Assembly (NCBI GenBank): GCA_963728565.1
Contig: CAVSLC010000023.1
Location: 32,001 to 96,000, forward strand
Length of the DNA: 64,000 nucleotides
From: an uncultured delta proteobacterium
GTDB lineage: Bacteria; Desulfobacterota; Binatia; UBA9968
Direction of reading: 5' to 3'
Of this stretch, positions 41,794-51,551 are shown in pieces; the stretch's first letter is position 1; the number at the start of each line of letters is the position of its first letter. The notes below the pieces were generated by a model. The model saw only the letters and a list, made by a program, of their open reading frames with translations, did no database searches and was not told the DNA's origin. The position numbers and the translations under genes were made by a program.

Positions 41794-42288
41794 GACGCTT
41801 TAGCAGAGCCTTCGGTCTGACGAATTCGTTCCCAGTTCTGGCGCAGTAAAAATAGCAAGGCTGCTCTGATTCACCCGGTCATCTCCGATGCCAACATCAG
41901 TCGACAGCGAAATGGAACGCGCCAGTACTGACCGGCCAAAAGTCTCGATTCAGTGACCGCATGCGATAAGGCTGAGCTCAGCCCTGGGGAATAGGCCGGC
42001 TCAGAGAAACAGCCGGGGCCGTGCGTGGCGTAGCCGCCATTTACGTCTGTTGAAGCCGATGAGGCACGAGGGAAGAAGAAGCGGTGTTGTTGCCAGGCGG
42101 TGAGTGACCGAACTCGGCAATCACTTCGCCTGGCCGACTGTTCCAGCCGTTTGTGTTCACATTCCTGATCGTTTTATTACTTTGTCCCTTGACAGTTGCA
42201 CCGCCGGGCTAATATGAAACTGACAGATCGGCCGAGTGACGAGCTGACCTGTGAAGTGCTGTAGAGATCGAAACTGACCGCATAAGCT

Positions 42289-42319
42289 CAAGTAAATTAT
42301 CATCAGCAAGTAAATTATC
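42289..42319 (+). promoter_or_regulatory. 13-bp direct repeat upstream of the molybdo-hydroxylase operon
   Basis: CAAGTAAATTATC at 42289 and 42307. Confidence 0.45.
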
Positions 42320-42329
42320 GGGGGAACTG

Positions 42330-43203
42330 ATGGAATACTTTGAACCGAAATCCATAGAGGAGGCTTTGTCCTTGCTCACCACGCACGGCGCCGAAGCCAA
42401 GGTGATTGCCGGCGGCACCGACGTGATGGTGGACATCAAGTATAAGGAAGAGCCGGGCTGCCTCATCAATATCAAAAAGATCCCGGGGCTAACCGGTATT
42501 CACGAAAACGGCGGTAGTCTGCGCGTCGGGCCATTGGCGACCATCCGCGAGCTGGAGACCAACGCTATTCTGCGCGACAAGCTGCCGGTGCTTTGGGAAG
42601 CGTCGCATCAATTCGCGTCCTTACAGGTGCGCAACACCGCCACCATCGGCGGCAACATCTGCCGCGCTTCACCGTCGGGCGAAACCTTGGCGCCGCTGCT
42701 GGTGCTCGAAGCGAGCGCCAAGTGCGCTTTTTCGGAAGGCGAGAGAAACCAGCCGTTCTTGATCATTTTTTCAGGGACCGGGTAAATCCGTTCTCGGCGC
42801 GAAAGGTCTGCTGACTGAAATCGATGTGCCCTATCCGCCAGCCGGCAGCAAAGGCGTCTACTTGAAGCATGCGGTGCGCGGCGCAATGGATATCGCCATG
42901 GTCGGTGTGGCGGTCTTGATGACGCCGGATGCCGGGAAGAGCAATATACAAGATGTTCGCATCGGCTTGGGCGCGGTAGCACCGACCCCGGTTCGCGCGC
43001 CGAAGACCGAAGCGCTGCTGCGCGGCAAGCCGCTGACCGCGGCACTTTTAAACGAAGCCGGCGCGCTGGCCGCGACCGAAGCGAGTCCGATCGACGATCA
43101 GCGCAGCAGCGCCGAGAACCGGCGCTGGATCGTCGAAGCCCTGACCCGGCGAGGTCTAGAACAAACCTGGAAGGCCGCGACCGGCAAGGAGGTAGGTAAA
43201 TGA
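42330..43203 (+). CDS. Xanthine-dehydrogenase-family FAD subunit (CoxM-like; +1 frameshift at about 42760)
   Basis: IAGGTD, QVRNTATIGGN, IGLGAVAPTP, PIDDQRSS. Confidence 0.88.
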
Positions 43204-43673
43204 GTGTCACCATCAACACGAAAATAAACGGTCAGTCGATCAGCGCCAGCACGGATGCCTCCACCTCGCTGTTGGAGTTTCTCCGCGACACGTTGGAAAT
43301 GAAGGGCAGCAAGCTCTGCTGCAACACCGGCGAGTGCGGCGCTTGCACCGTGATTTACAACGGCAAGCCGATCAACTCGTGCGTGACCATGGCTGCCGAC
43401 GCCAACGGTGCTGAGATCATCACTATCGAGGGATTAGCGGACGGCGATAAATTACATCCTGTGCAGCAGGCGTTCATCGACACCGGCGCGGTACAGTGCG
43501 GCTACTGCACGCCGGGCTATATTATGTCGGTGAAAGCGCTGCTCGATCGGACCACGAAACCCACGGCGGCGGACATCGAAGAGGCGGTCTCCGGCAACAT
43601 CTGCCGATGCACCGGCTACAACAAGATCGTTGATGCGATCCATCTCGCCGCGCAAAAGCTCCAGGTGAGATGA
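43200..43673 (+). CDS. Xanthine-dehydrogenase-family 2x[2Fe-2S] subunit (CoxS-like)
   Basis: CCNTGECGACTV, QCGYCTPG, GNICRCTGY. Confidence 0.95.
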   Translation: MSVTINTKINGQSISASTDASTSLLEFLRDTLEMKGSKLCCNTGECGACTVIYNGKPINSCVTMAADANGAEIITIEGLADGDKLHPVQQAFIDTGAVQCGYCTPGYIMSVKALLDRTTKPTAADIEEAVSGNICRCTGYNKIVDAIHLAAQKLQVR

Positions 43674-43689
43674 ACCGACAAAAAAAGAT

Positions 43690-43762
43690 TCTTTGCGCAG
43701 AGCGCAAAGACGCGGAATGTGCGCATGCGATTTTACCTTTGCGCCTTCCGGCTTGCGGGACA
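43690..43762. repeat. Degenerate palindromic intergenic element (CGCAAAGACGC...CTTTGCG)
   Basis: Imperfect inverted repeat between coxS and coxL. Confidence 0.4.
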
Positions 43763-43791
43763 ATTTCCTAATCCGATAAGGAGACCATGGT

Positions 43792-46081
43792 ATGGCAAAA
43801 GCTGAATTCAGAGTTGTCGGCACAAGTCCAGCCAGAATGGGCGGCGTCGAGCGTGTCATCGGCAAGGGCGTTTACGGCATCGATTTGATGCTGAAGGATC
43901 AATTGCACGGCGCCATCCTCCGCAGTCAACACGCCCATGCCAAAATCGTCAGCATTGACACCAGCGAAGCGAAGAAGGTCGCCGGCGTTCATGCCGTGGT
44001 CACTGCCGCCGATGCGCCCAACGTGCGTTACGGGCGCAGCTACATGGATCGGCATATTCTGGCGCGGGATAAAGTGCGTTTTATGGGCGACCCTGTCGCC
44101 GCGGTCGCCGCCGAATCTCCGGCGATCGCCAAACAAGCCCTTAAGAAAATAAAAGTCGTTTACGAGCCTCTGCCGGTGGCGCTCGATCCCGAAGAGGCCA
44201 CCAAACCAAATGCGCCGACCCTGCACGAAGACATGCCGCTGCCGAAAACCATTGCCGCAGACGCCGGGCCTTAAAAATATTTGCGGCCACACCGTTGTTC
44301 ATGTTGGCGATGCGGAAAAAGCGATGGCCGAAGCGGATATCGTGGTCGACGAAGTCTACGAGACCAAGATGATCCATCCGCAGTATCTGGAGCCGCGCAT
44401 CGCCGCGGCGCAGATGGAACCGAACGGCCGCCTCACGGTCTGGGCCAATGCCCAGGCGCCGTTCCCGGTGCGCCAGGAGGTGGCGAAAATGTTGGGGCTG
44501 TCGCTCAACAATGTGCGCGTGATCTCCGCCGGGCTCGGCGGCGGTTTCGGCGGCAAGGGCAGCGGCATAACCTCGGGCGCCGCCGTCGAACCGATCTGCG
44601 GGCTGTTGGCGATGAAAGCCAAGCGGCCGGTGATGATCGTCCTCGACAAAGCCGAAGAAACCATTTCGACGACGATCCGTTCCGGCGCCCGCATGTACAT
44701 CAAAACCGGCGTCAAAAAGGACGGCACCATCGTCGCCCGCACTGGCAAAGTTTTTTACGACGCGGGTGGCTACTCGGGCTTCGGCGTGCAAGCCGGCGGC
44801 CGCTGCACCAACATGCTCGGCGGCTGGTACTTGATGCCTAATTGCCACATCGAGGGCTACAGCATTTACACCAACAAGCAGGTCTGCGGCCCGGTGCGCG
44901 GTCCCGGCGGCCCGCAGGCTGCGTTCGCCGTGGAATCGCATATGGATTCCATCGCCGCCAAGCTCGGCATGGATCCGGTTGAATTCCGTCTTAAGAACGT
45001 TCCTAAAGCCGGGGACAGGATCGTCGGCGTGCCCAAGCTGCGCGATGTTTCGTTGGGTGAAACTATCCGCATCGCCAAGGAAAAAATCGGCTGGGGCAAA
45101 GTTAAACTGGAAAAAAACCAGGGCATGGGCCTCGCGACCGGGTCATGGATCGAGAGCGCCGGTCCCGGCGGCGGCGCCATCGTGAAAGTCAACGAAGATG
45201 GCTCCGTGACGGTGCATATCGGCAAAATCGACATGGGCACCATTCCCGGGTTTGGTATTCCCATGATCGTCGCCGAAGAGCTGGGCATTCCAGTAAGCGA
45301 TGTCACCGTAGTCAATGTCGACACCGACGCCAGTCCGTGGGATGCCGGCACGGTCGGCAGCCGCGGCATTCTGGTTTCCGGCACCGCATCTCGACTCGCT
45401 GCCATCGACGCGCGCAACCAGCTTTTCAAAATGGCCGCCCGCCAGCTCGAGGCGAGTCCGGACGATCTCGAGATCGTCGACAAGCAGATCCGGGTCAAAG
45501 GCACGCCAGCCAAGGCAGTAGCGCTGGCGACCGTTGCGACCAATGCGCACAACGTCATCGGCGAAGTGATCGGCCGCGGCTACTGCGACAATCTCGAATT
45601 GATGGCTGAGGAAAAAGCCCACGGCAGCTCGCAGCCGTTCACCGCGCATGCCTGCATCGTCGAGGTGAGTCCGGACACCGGCAACGTGAAGATTGTGAAA
45701 TACGTGGCTGTCCACGACATCGGCCAACCGATCCATCAAGCCGCCGTCGAAGGTCAAATCGAAGGCGCCACCGCCATGAGCATCGGCCAGGCCCTCTGCG
45801 AACAAGTCGTGTTCGACAACAACGGGAGAACGTTGAATCCTTCGTTCGTGGATTACTTGATGCCGACGATCAACATGATGCCGCGCATCGAAACGACTCT
45901 GGTGCCCGGCTATCCAGGGGCCGGTCCCTACGGCGCGAAAGGCGCCGGCGAAATCGCCTGTGTCCCGCCGATGGCCTGCATCGCCAACGCGATCTTCAAC
46001 GCCACCGGCGTGCGCATCTACAAGTTGCCGCTGAGTCCTGAGAACGTTTTGCGGGGATTGAAAGCCGCCGGCAAAACATAA
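43792..46081 (+). CDS. Xanthine-dehydrogenase-family molybdopterin subunit (CoxL-like; +1 frameshift at about 44268)
   Basis: LRSQHAHAKI, GGGFGGK, VRGPGGPQ, GTVGSR, EGQIEG, GAKGAGE. Confidence 0.9.
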
Positions 46082-46280
46082 GCTGCGGCAACGATGTGAC
46101 AAACGGATAGATCACAACAGTTCACATCACAGTGATCTCAGTCCATAGACGACGTGCTGCGGTTGATGTTACTGAGAGCCCGCTGCGTGGCGCGATAGGA
46201 ACATCAACCACCGGCAGCCGATGATCCGTAGGCTGCCCTGAAATTGGACAGCCGATTTGGGTAGATTAGATTCGCAGTAC

Positions 46281-46745
46281 TTAATCTCTGATCTGCAAGA
46301 TGACTTCGGTTTCGACCGGCGCTTCGTTGGCGAGAGAGGCAACTCCCACCGCGGCGCGGGCGTGCTGTCCTCGTTCCCCCCAAATTTCGATGAACAGATC
46401 GGACGCGCCATTGACCACTTGAGGCATCTTGGTAAAACCTGGAGCAACATTTACAAAGCCGAGCAGTTTGACAAAGCGCTCCACCCGATCGAGATCGCCC
46501 AACGCCGACTTGATGATTGCCAGATGATTTAGGGCGCAATGACGCGCCATCTGATAGGCTTGTTCCAGAGTTACCTGATCGCCTACTTTGCCGGCGTATA
46601 GGTGCGGCTGGCCATTGAGCCTGCCGGTGTTGCCGCCGACAAACAAGAGATTACCGACTTGAACGCAGGGAATGTAATGAGCCGCCGGTACCGGCGGCGC
46701 TGGCACTTCGATCCCAAGTTCTGCTAACTTCCTCTCAATCTCCAT
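46281..46745 (-). CDS. RidA/YjgF family protein
   Basis: GKVG, VKLLGFVN, VVNGASDL, GQHARAAVGV; AGGAGG RBS. Confidence 0.9.
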   Translation of the reverse strand: MEIERKLAELGIEVPAPPVPAAHYIPCVQVGNLLFVGGNTGRLNGQPHLYAGKVGDQVTLEQAYQMARHCALNHLAIIKSALGDLDRVERFVKLLGFVNVAPGFTKMPQVVNGASDLFIEIWGERGQHARAAVGVASLANEAPVETEVILQIRD

Positions 46746-47057
46746 AATCGTCTCCTCCTGCAAGTTTGGCAGCGATTCTATGCGAGAAACCAGCTGAACA
46801 ACAAGCATTAAGTCGAACTTGTATAGCAGGAGAGCCGATGTCGAATGCTTGAATGGAGGTTTAGCAAGAGTGCATAAGATTAATATGTTCTTCTATCTTT
46901 TCTTCTATCTCATCCCAGCCATCGCTTGTTAAGAGATCTAGCAGCGCGGTCGATCAAGAATCAGCCGGCAGACCACGCCCGGACCGCATATGATAGCCTT
47001 AACGCGGTGATCCCAGTTTCACGCCTTGCGCATACAAGAACGTTTCCTGCTTAGGAT

Positions 47058-47606
47058 CTATTGATCCGCCGCCGGTTTGGCCAAGCTCGATTCGACGTAG
47101 CCAGGCTGCTTGCCTCGTTTTGACTCTACCTTTATCCAGCCTTTGTCTTCTTCGACGACGTTGATAATCGTCCCTTTTGAAACCTCCGCAACCACCGGGT
47201 AATGAAGCCCGGGTCCGCTATGGAGCCGGGTATTTGCCAGTATTTCATACTTTCCGCCGACTGTCGGATCGCCGGTTGCGATCTCTTCGCCTTCACCCGG
47301 TTTGACCGAAGCCATTTCGATGAAACCTGGAATGTTGCCTTTCTTTGACACGATCAGCACCCAGTCTCCATCTCTGCCGACCACGTGAACCTTCGCTCGA
47401 GGCGGCACTTCGCCAGTAGCTCTGAACTGCGGTCCCGGCCCGGTGCGGACTTTTGTGCTTGCAACGGTGATGTAAGGGCGGAGCTGTTTATTGATATCCG
47501 GGAGGTCGTCAGGATTAGCGAGCTCCTCGCCGTTTCTGCAGCCGAAGACAGTTAGACAGACCATTGCGAACGACCATAAGATAATGTTGCTTCTTATCAG
47601 GCTCAT
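47058..47606 (-). CDS. Lipoprotein with two bacterial SH3 domains
   Basis: Lipobox VFGC; VRTGPG...DWV...GFI and LHSGPG...GWI...GYV. Confidence 0.82.
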   Translation of the reverse strand: MSLIRSNIILWSFAMVCLTVFGCRNGEELANPDDLPDINKQLRPYITVASTKVRTGPGPQFRATGEVPPRAKVHVVGRDGDWVLIVSKKGNIPGFIEMASVKPGEGEEIATGDPTVGGKYEILANTRLHSGPGLHYPVVAEVSKGTIINVVEEDKGWIKVESKRGKQPGYVESSLAKPAADQ

Positions 47607-47695
47607 CGTGCTCCTCCGGTTTTTGGGTGAATGATTATAGCACGTTTTCGATCGAGTGACCGATTAGCTGGTGCAGAAGACTCTAGATAGCGGTG

Positions 47696-48116
47696 CTAAT
47701 GTATTTCTTTCCAAACCTTGGCAAGGCTTTCACCATAGACTGATAAATCCCATTCGCAGAAATAGCCGAATGGGGTGATTCGAACGTGATAGCCGCTTTG
47801 GTTGAGCCGGTCTCCGATACTCTGGATAAGCGGCTCGGCGAAGCGCGGATCTGCAGTGTCGCCGCCGAGGTGAGTAAATGAATGGAGAACAATGGTTTCT
47901 CAGATCCCGTTTGTTTGCCAGCCATTTGATATGCTTGACCGCTTTGCGCCTGATCGAGTCCAGATGTTGCTCCGGCGTATCGGCCGCTTCGGCTTGGACG
48001 AAAATAACTACCCCATCGGTAATTTCTTCCTCGGCTTCGAGATCCGGAATTTCGGGGAGGGTTTTAGAGTGAGTTTTCCAACGGAACCGTTTCGCTTGGA
48101 AACATAGAAGTCTCAT
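47696..48116 (-). CDS. Stand-alone archaeal-type threonyl-tRNA synthetase editing domain (+1 frameshift at about 47894)
   Basis: MRLLCFQ...VVIFVQAE...KHIKWLANK joins IVLHSFTHL...ITPFGYFCEWDLSVYGESLAKVWKEIH, matching the ThrRS-ed/DTD-like fold motifs. Confidence 0.75.
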
Positions 48117-48130
48117 GACGGACCCGTTTA

Positions 48131-48697
48131 TCAATAGTAGTCTAAAAAGTTTTGTAGGACTTTCTTGCCTTCCTCGGCAAGTATCGATTCGGGATGAAAC
48201 TGGACGCCTTCGACCGGCATTTTTTTGTGCCGCACCGCCATGATAACGCCGTCCGCAGTCTGCGCGCTTACGGTTAAATCGTCCGGCAGGTTCTGTCGAT
48301 CAATTACCAATGAGTGATAACGCATTGCGGCAAACGGGTTTTTAATGCCGCGGAAAATGGTTTGCGAATCGTGAGCTACTTCCGAGAGCTTGCCATGCAT
48401 GATCGCCGGCGCTCGGACGATCTCACCGCCAAAAGCCGCTCCGATCGCCTGATGGCCAAGGCAGACGCCTAATGTTGGGATTCGCGCGCCGAAGTGGCGG
48501 ATTACGGCACAGGAAATCCCTGCTTCTTTAGGCGTGCAGGGGCCGGGAGAAATAACGATCTTCTCTGGCCCTAGCTCGGCTATTTGGTCCAAACTGATTT
48601 TATCGTTCAGATAAACTTTTACATCCGCCCCGAGCTCGCCCAGGTAGTGGTAAAGGTTGTAAGTAAATGAATCGTAATTGTCGATAAGCAGGATCAT
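48131..48697 (-). CDS. trpG: Anthranilate synthase component II (glutamine amidotransferase)
   Basis: [36 protein letters not shown]; ATGA overlap with trpE. Confidence 0.93.
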   Translation of the reverse strand: MILLIDNYDSFTYNLYHYLGELGADVKVYLNDKISLDQIAELGPEKIVISPGPCTPKEAGISCAVIRHFGARIPTLGVCLGHQAIGAAFGGEIVRAPAIMHGKLSEVAHDSQTIFRGIKNPFAAMRYHSLVIDRQNLPDDLTVSAQTADGVIMAVRHKKMPVEGVQFHPESILAEEGKKVLQNFLDYY

Positions 48698-50182
48698 GCC
48701 TTGCTCCATTGTTCGGCGAGCTCCACGGCGCGAAACATCGCCCGCGCCTTATTCAGGGTCTCCTGATACTCCATCTCCGGGTCGGAGTCGGCGACAATTC
48801 CAGCTCCCGCATTGATGAATACTTTGCTGCCTTTCATCACAATCGTCCGAATGACGATGCAGGTATCCAGGTTGCCGTTATAGCCGAAGTATCCGATTGC
48901 GCCTGCATATAGCCCGCGTCTTTCCGGCTCCAGCTCGCTAATGATCTGCATCGCGCGAATCTTGGGCGCTCCAGAAACCGTTCCCGCAGGGAAGGCCGAG
49001 ACAAATAGATCAAATGGGCTCTTATCGAGCCTCGAGCTTGCCGCGCACGTTGGAAACGATGTGAATGACATGAGAGTAGCGTTCGATGCCCATGAGCTCG
49101 TTGACTTCGACACTGCCGATCTCCGCGACGCGCCCGACGTCGTTTCGTCCCAGATCGACCAACATGATGTGCTCAGCGCGTTCTTTAGGGTCGCCAAGCA
49201 GGTCGGCTTCAAGCGTCTGTTCTTCTTCCGGTGTGGCGCCCCGCGGCCGGGTTCCGGCAATCGGCCGGAGCTCAATCGTGTCGCCGGTTAGTCGCACCAT
49301 CGTTTCAGGCGACGAGCCGATGATCCGTAAATCCTCGAGCTCGAGATAGAACATGTACGGCGAAGGATTGATAAAGCGCAGAGCCCGATAAATTTCAAAG
49401 GCATCCGCAACCGTTTGGGTCTCGAGCCTCTGACATAGGACTGTTTGAATGATATCGCCCGCCTGGATGTATTCCTTGGCCTTGATAACCGCTTTCTGAA
49501 AACCGTCGCGGTTCAGATTGGAGTGAAACTGCTTCTGCGCTTTGCCATCGCTCAACTCACGAGGCTCGATTCCGCGTGGTTTCTTCTGTAGCGAGGAGAT
49601 AATTTTGCGGATTCTCTCGCTCGCTTCCTCGTAGGCGGTTCGAAGATCAGTTCCTGTTTCTAAATGGACATTGTCGATGATCTTGATGGTATGTTTCAGG
49701 TTATCGAAAGCGATGAGAGTTTGAACGAACAGAAAGAAAATCTCCGGCGCATCAAGCGGAGGGTGTTTGTTGTTGGCAATCCCGTGAAATTGCTCGACGG
49801 CATCGTAGGCGACATAACCCAGGGCGCCACCGAAAAAGGGCGGGACACCCGGTACTGTAACCGGTCGATAGTTACCCACGAGCTGTTTCAGAGTATCGAG
49901 GGGCATTTCGGAGTCTAGCTTTCTTATCTTACCGTCTTCGATGATTTCGATCTGCTTGCCTTGGCTTTTAAAAACAAGCCGGGGCCGGCTTCCCAAAAAA
50001 GAGTAACGCGCCCAACGTTCGCTACCTTCAACACTTTCCAGTAGAAAAGCGTAGCGATCCCGTTCGAGGCGCTTAAAGAATGAGAGCGGCGTTTCCAAGT
50101 CCATGAGCAGTTCCTGATAAACCGGAATCAGGTTGCCTTGCTCCGCCAGCCGGCAGAATTCTTCAAATGTCGGGTGAATCAT
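48694..50182 (-). CDS. trpE: Anthranilate synthase component I (+1 frameshift at about 49035)
   Basis: LLES and NPSPYM Trp-feedback motifs, [29 protein letters not shown]. Confidence 0.93.
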
Positions 50183-50190
50183 AGGCTCAC

Positions 50191-50227
50191 AAACAAAAAG
50201 GGCCATAAGCTAACCGCCTACGGCCCT
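50191..50227 (-). terminator. trp attenuator terminator hairpin (3:4)
   Basis: AGGGCCGTAGG-CGGTTAG-CTTATGGCCCT followed by TTTTGTTT, ending 8 nt upstream of the trpE ATG. Confidence 0.88.
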
Positions 50228-50253
50228 CCTCAATGTTAGTAAACTGACTGGAA

Positions 50254-50334
50254 TTAGCCACAGGCCGATCGGAGCGACTGCTGCCTGCGCCACCAGCTTT
50301 CAACCAAGACAACAAATCCCGACCGCTCAGTCAT
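50254..50334 (-). CDS. trpL: trp operon leader peptide MTERSGFVVLVESWWRRQQSLRSACG
   Basis: Tandem TGG TGG codons immediately before mutually exclusive hairpins and a terminator upstream of trpE. Confidence 0.88.
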   Translation of the reverse strand: MTERSGFVVLVESWWRRQQSLRSACG

Positions 50335-50340
50335 GGCACG

Positions 50341-50369
50341 AGTGTGCCTTATTGTCTTATATCGGTCAA
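50341..50369 (-). promoter_or_regulatory. Sigma70-type promoter for the trp leader
   Basis: TTGACC-N17-CACACT, 6 nt before the trpL ATG; no SD sequence. Confidence 0.6.
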
Positions 50370-50457
50370 GACGAACTGAGAGGGAGGTCGACTATCTGGA
50401 TGCAGCCAGGATAAGCTTTCGGTAATGGCGGCTATCAGCGTCTGTTTTTGGCTTTCG

Positions 50458-50486
50458 TTGACAAGGTGCGGTTGGCGATATAGGTT
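50458..50486 (+). promoter_or_regulatory. Sigma70-type promoter for the IclR gene
   Basis: TTGACA-N17-TAGGTT. Confidence 0.55.
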
Positions 50487-50559
50487 AAAACGCTTTTTTG
50501 GAACGGCCAGTAGCAGTGTATTTGGGGTTATCCGTACACAGACTGAGGCAGGAGGAGAT

Positions 50560-51339
50560 ATGGTTCGCCGCGAGAAATCTAATTACGTAATTCAATCCGT
50601 ATCGCACGCCCTGGATGTTCTCGAGCAGTTCAACGGAAATGTTGATGAGATAGGCGTAACTGAGTTGAGCAAACGATTGAAGCTCCACAAGAACAACGTT
50701 TTTCGTCTGCTGGCCACGCTTGAGGCGCGCGGTTACATCGAACAAAACAAAGTCTCGGAAAATTATCGCCTCGGCCTCAAGTGTCTGCAGCTTGGGCAAA
50801 CGTTCATACACCAGATGGGTTTGTTGTTGCAGGCCCGCGCAACTCTAGAAGAGCTGGCGAAGTCAGCTAAAGAGAGTGCGTTCGTGGCGATTCGAAAAGG
50901 CGCGGGGATTGTGCCGCTGGACTTTGTCGAGCCGGCGCGACCGGTGCGAGTTGTCTCGTTTCTAGGCTCGGTGCTGCCGCCGCATTGCACCGCGGTAGGT
51001 AAGGTATACCTTGCTTTTGAGTCGGATGGGGGTGTGTCGCTCGGCGACCTTGACCCTTTGAAGCGTTACAACGATAAGACGATTACCGATACCAGAGGGC
51101 TGGCTCAGCAGGTCAAAGAAACCGGAGAGATCGGCTATGCCATCGAGGACGGAGAGTTTATCAATGAGATCAGTTCGATCGCTGTCCCGGTCAGAGACTA
51201 CACCAGGAGTCTGGTCGGCGCACTGGCTATAGTGGGACCGAGTGATCGATTGACTCTGGAGAAGCTCCGAAACGATGTCTCGCCTTTGATTCTTGATTCC
51301 GGACGCGATCTTTCAAGACGGTTGGGGTACGCCGGATGA
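50560..51339 (+). CDS. IclR-family transcriptional regulator
   Basis: IQSVSHALDVLE, wHTH, HCTAVGKV, SIAVPVRD; AGGAGG RBS. Confidence 0.93.
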   Translation: MVRREKSNYVIQSVSHALDVLEQFNGNVDEIGVTELSKRLKLHKNNVFRLLATLEARGYIEQNKVSENYRLGLKCLQLGQTFIHQMGLLLQARATLEELAKSAKESAFVAIRKGAGIVPLDFVEPARPVRVVSFLGSVLPPHCTAVGKVYLAFESDGGVSLGDLDPLKRYNDKTITDTRGLAQQVKETGEIGYAIEDGEFINEISSIAVPVRDYTRSLVGALAIVGPSDRLTLEKLRNDVSPLILDSGRDLSRRLGYAG

Positions 51340-51551
51340 TTCGCTGATTGATAGGACTGCTGCACAGCTCTCGGAGGTCCGCCCGTTGATTCATAAATAC
51401 TGCTTCCTGTAGAGTCAACTTATTTACCCGACTCAGTTTGCGGCACTGGTTCGCCACATTTCGTGATGATTTACCAGCGCCGGGTTCAGTCAGGTCATCA
51501 GCTTCATTCAAATTCGATAAAGTAGACAGAGCCGGAGGTTAATAAGCGCTA

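Noticed and set aside
42190-42330. Moco riboswitch upstream of the molybdoenzyme
   Set aside because: I could not match the conserved elements by eye; an Infernal/Rfam search would be needed.
42330-46081. Aerobic CO dehydrogenase call
   Set aside because: Lacks the AYxCSFR (form I) and AYRGAGR (form II) signatures.
49022-49040. Programmed frameshift or pseudogene in trpE
   Set aside because: No slippery sequence, the attenuator and both gene halves are intact, and the same +1 pattern occurs in many neighbouring genes, so a sequencing error is more likely.
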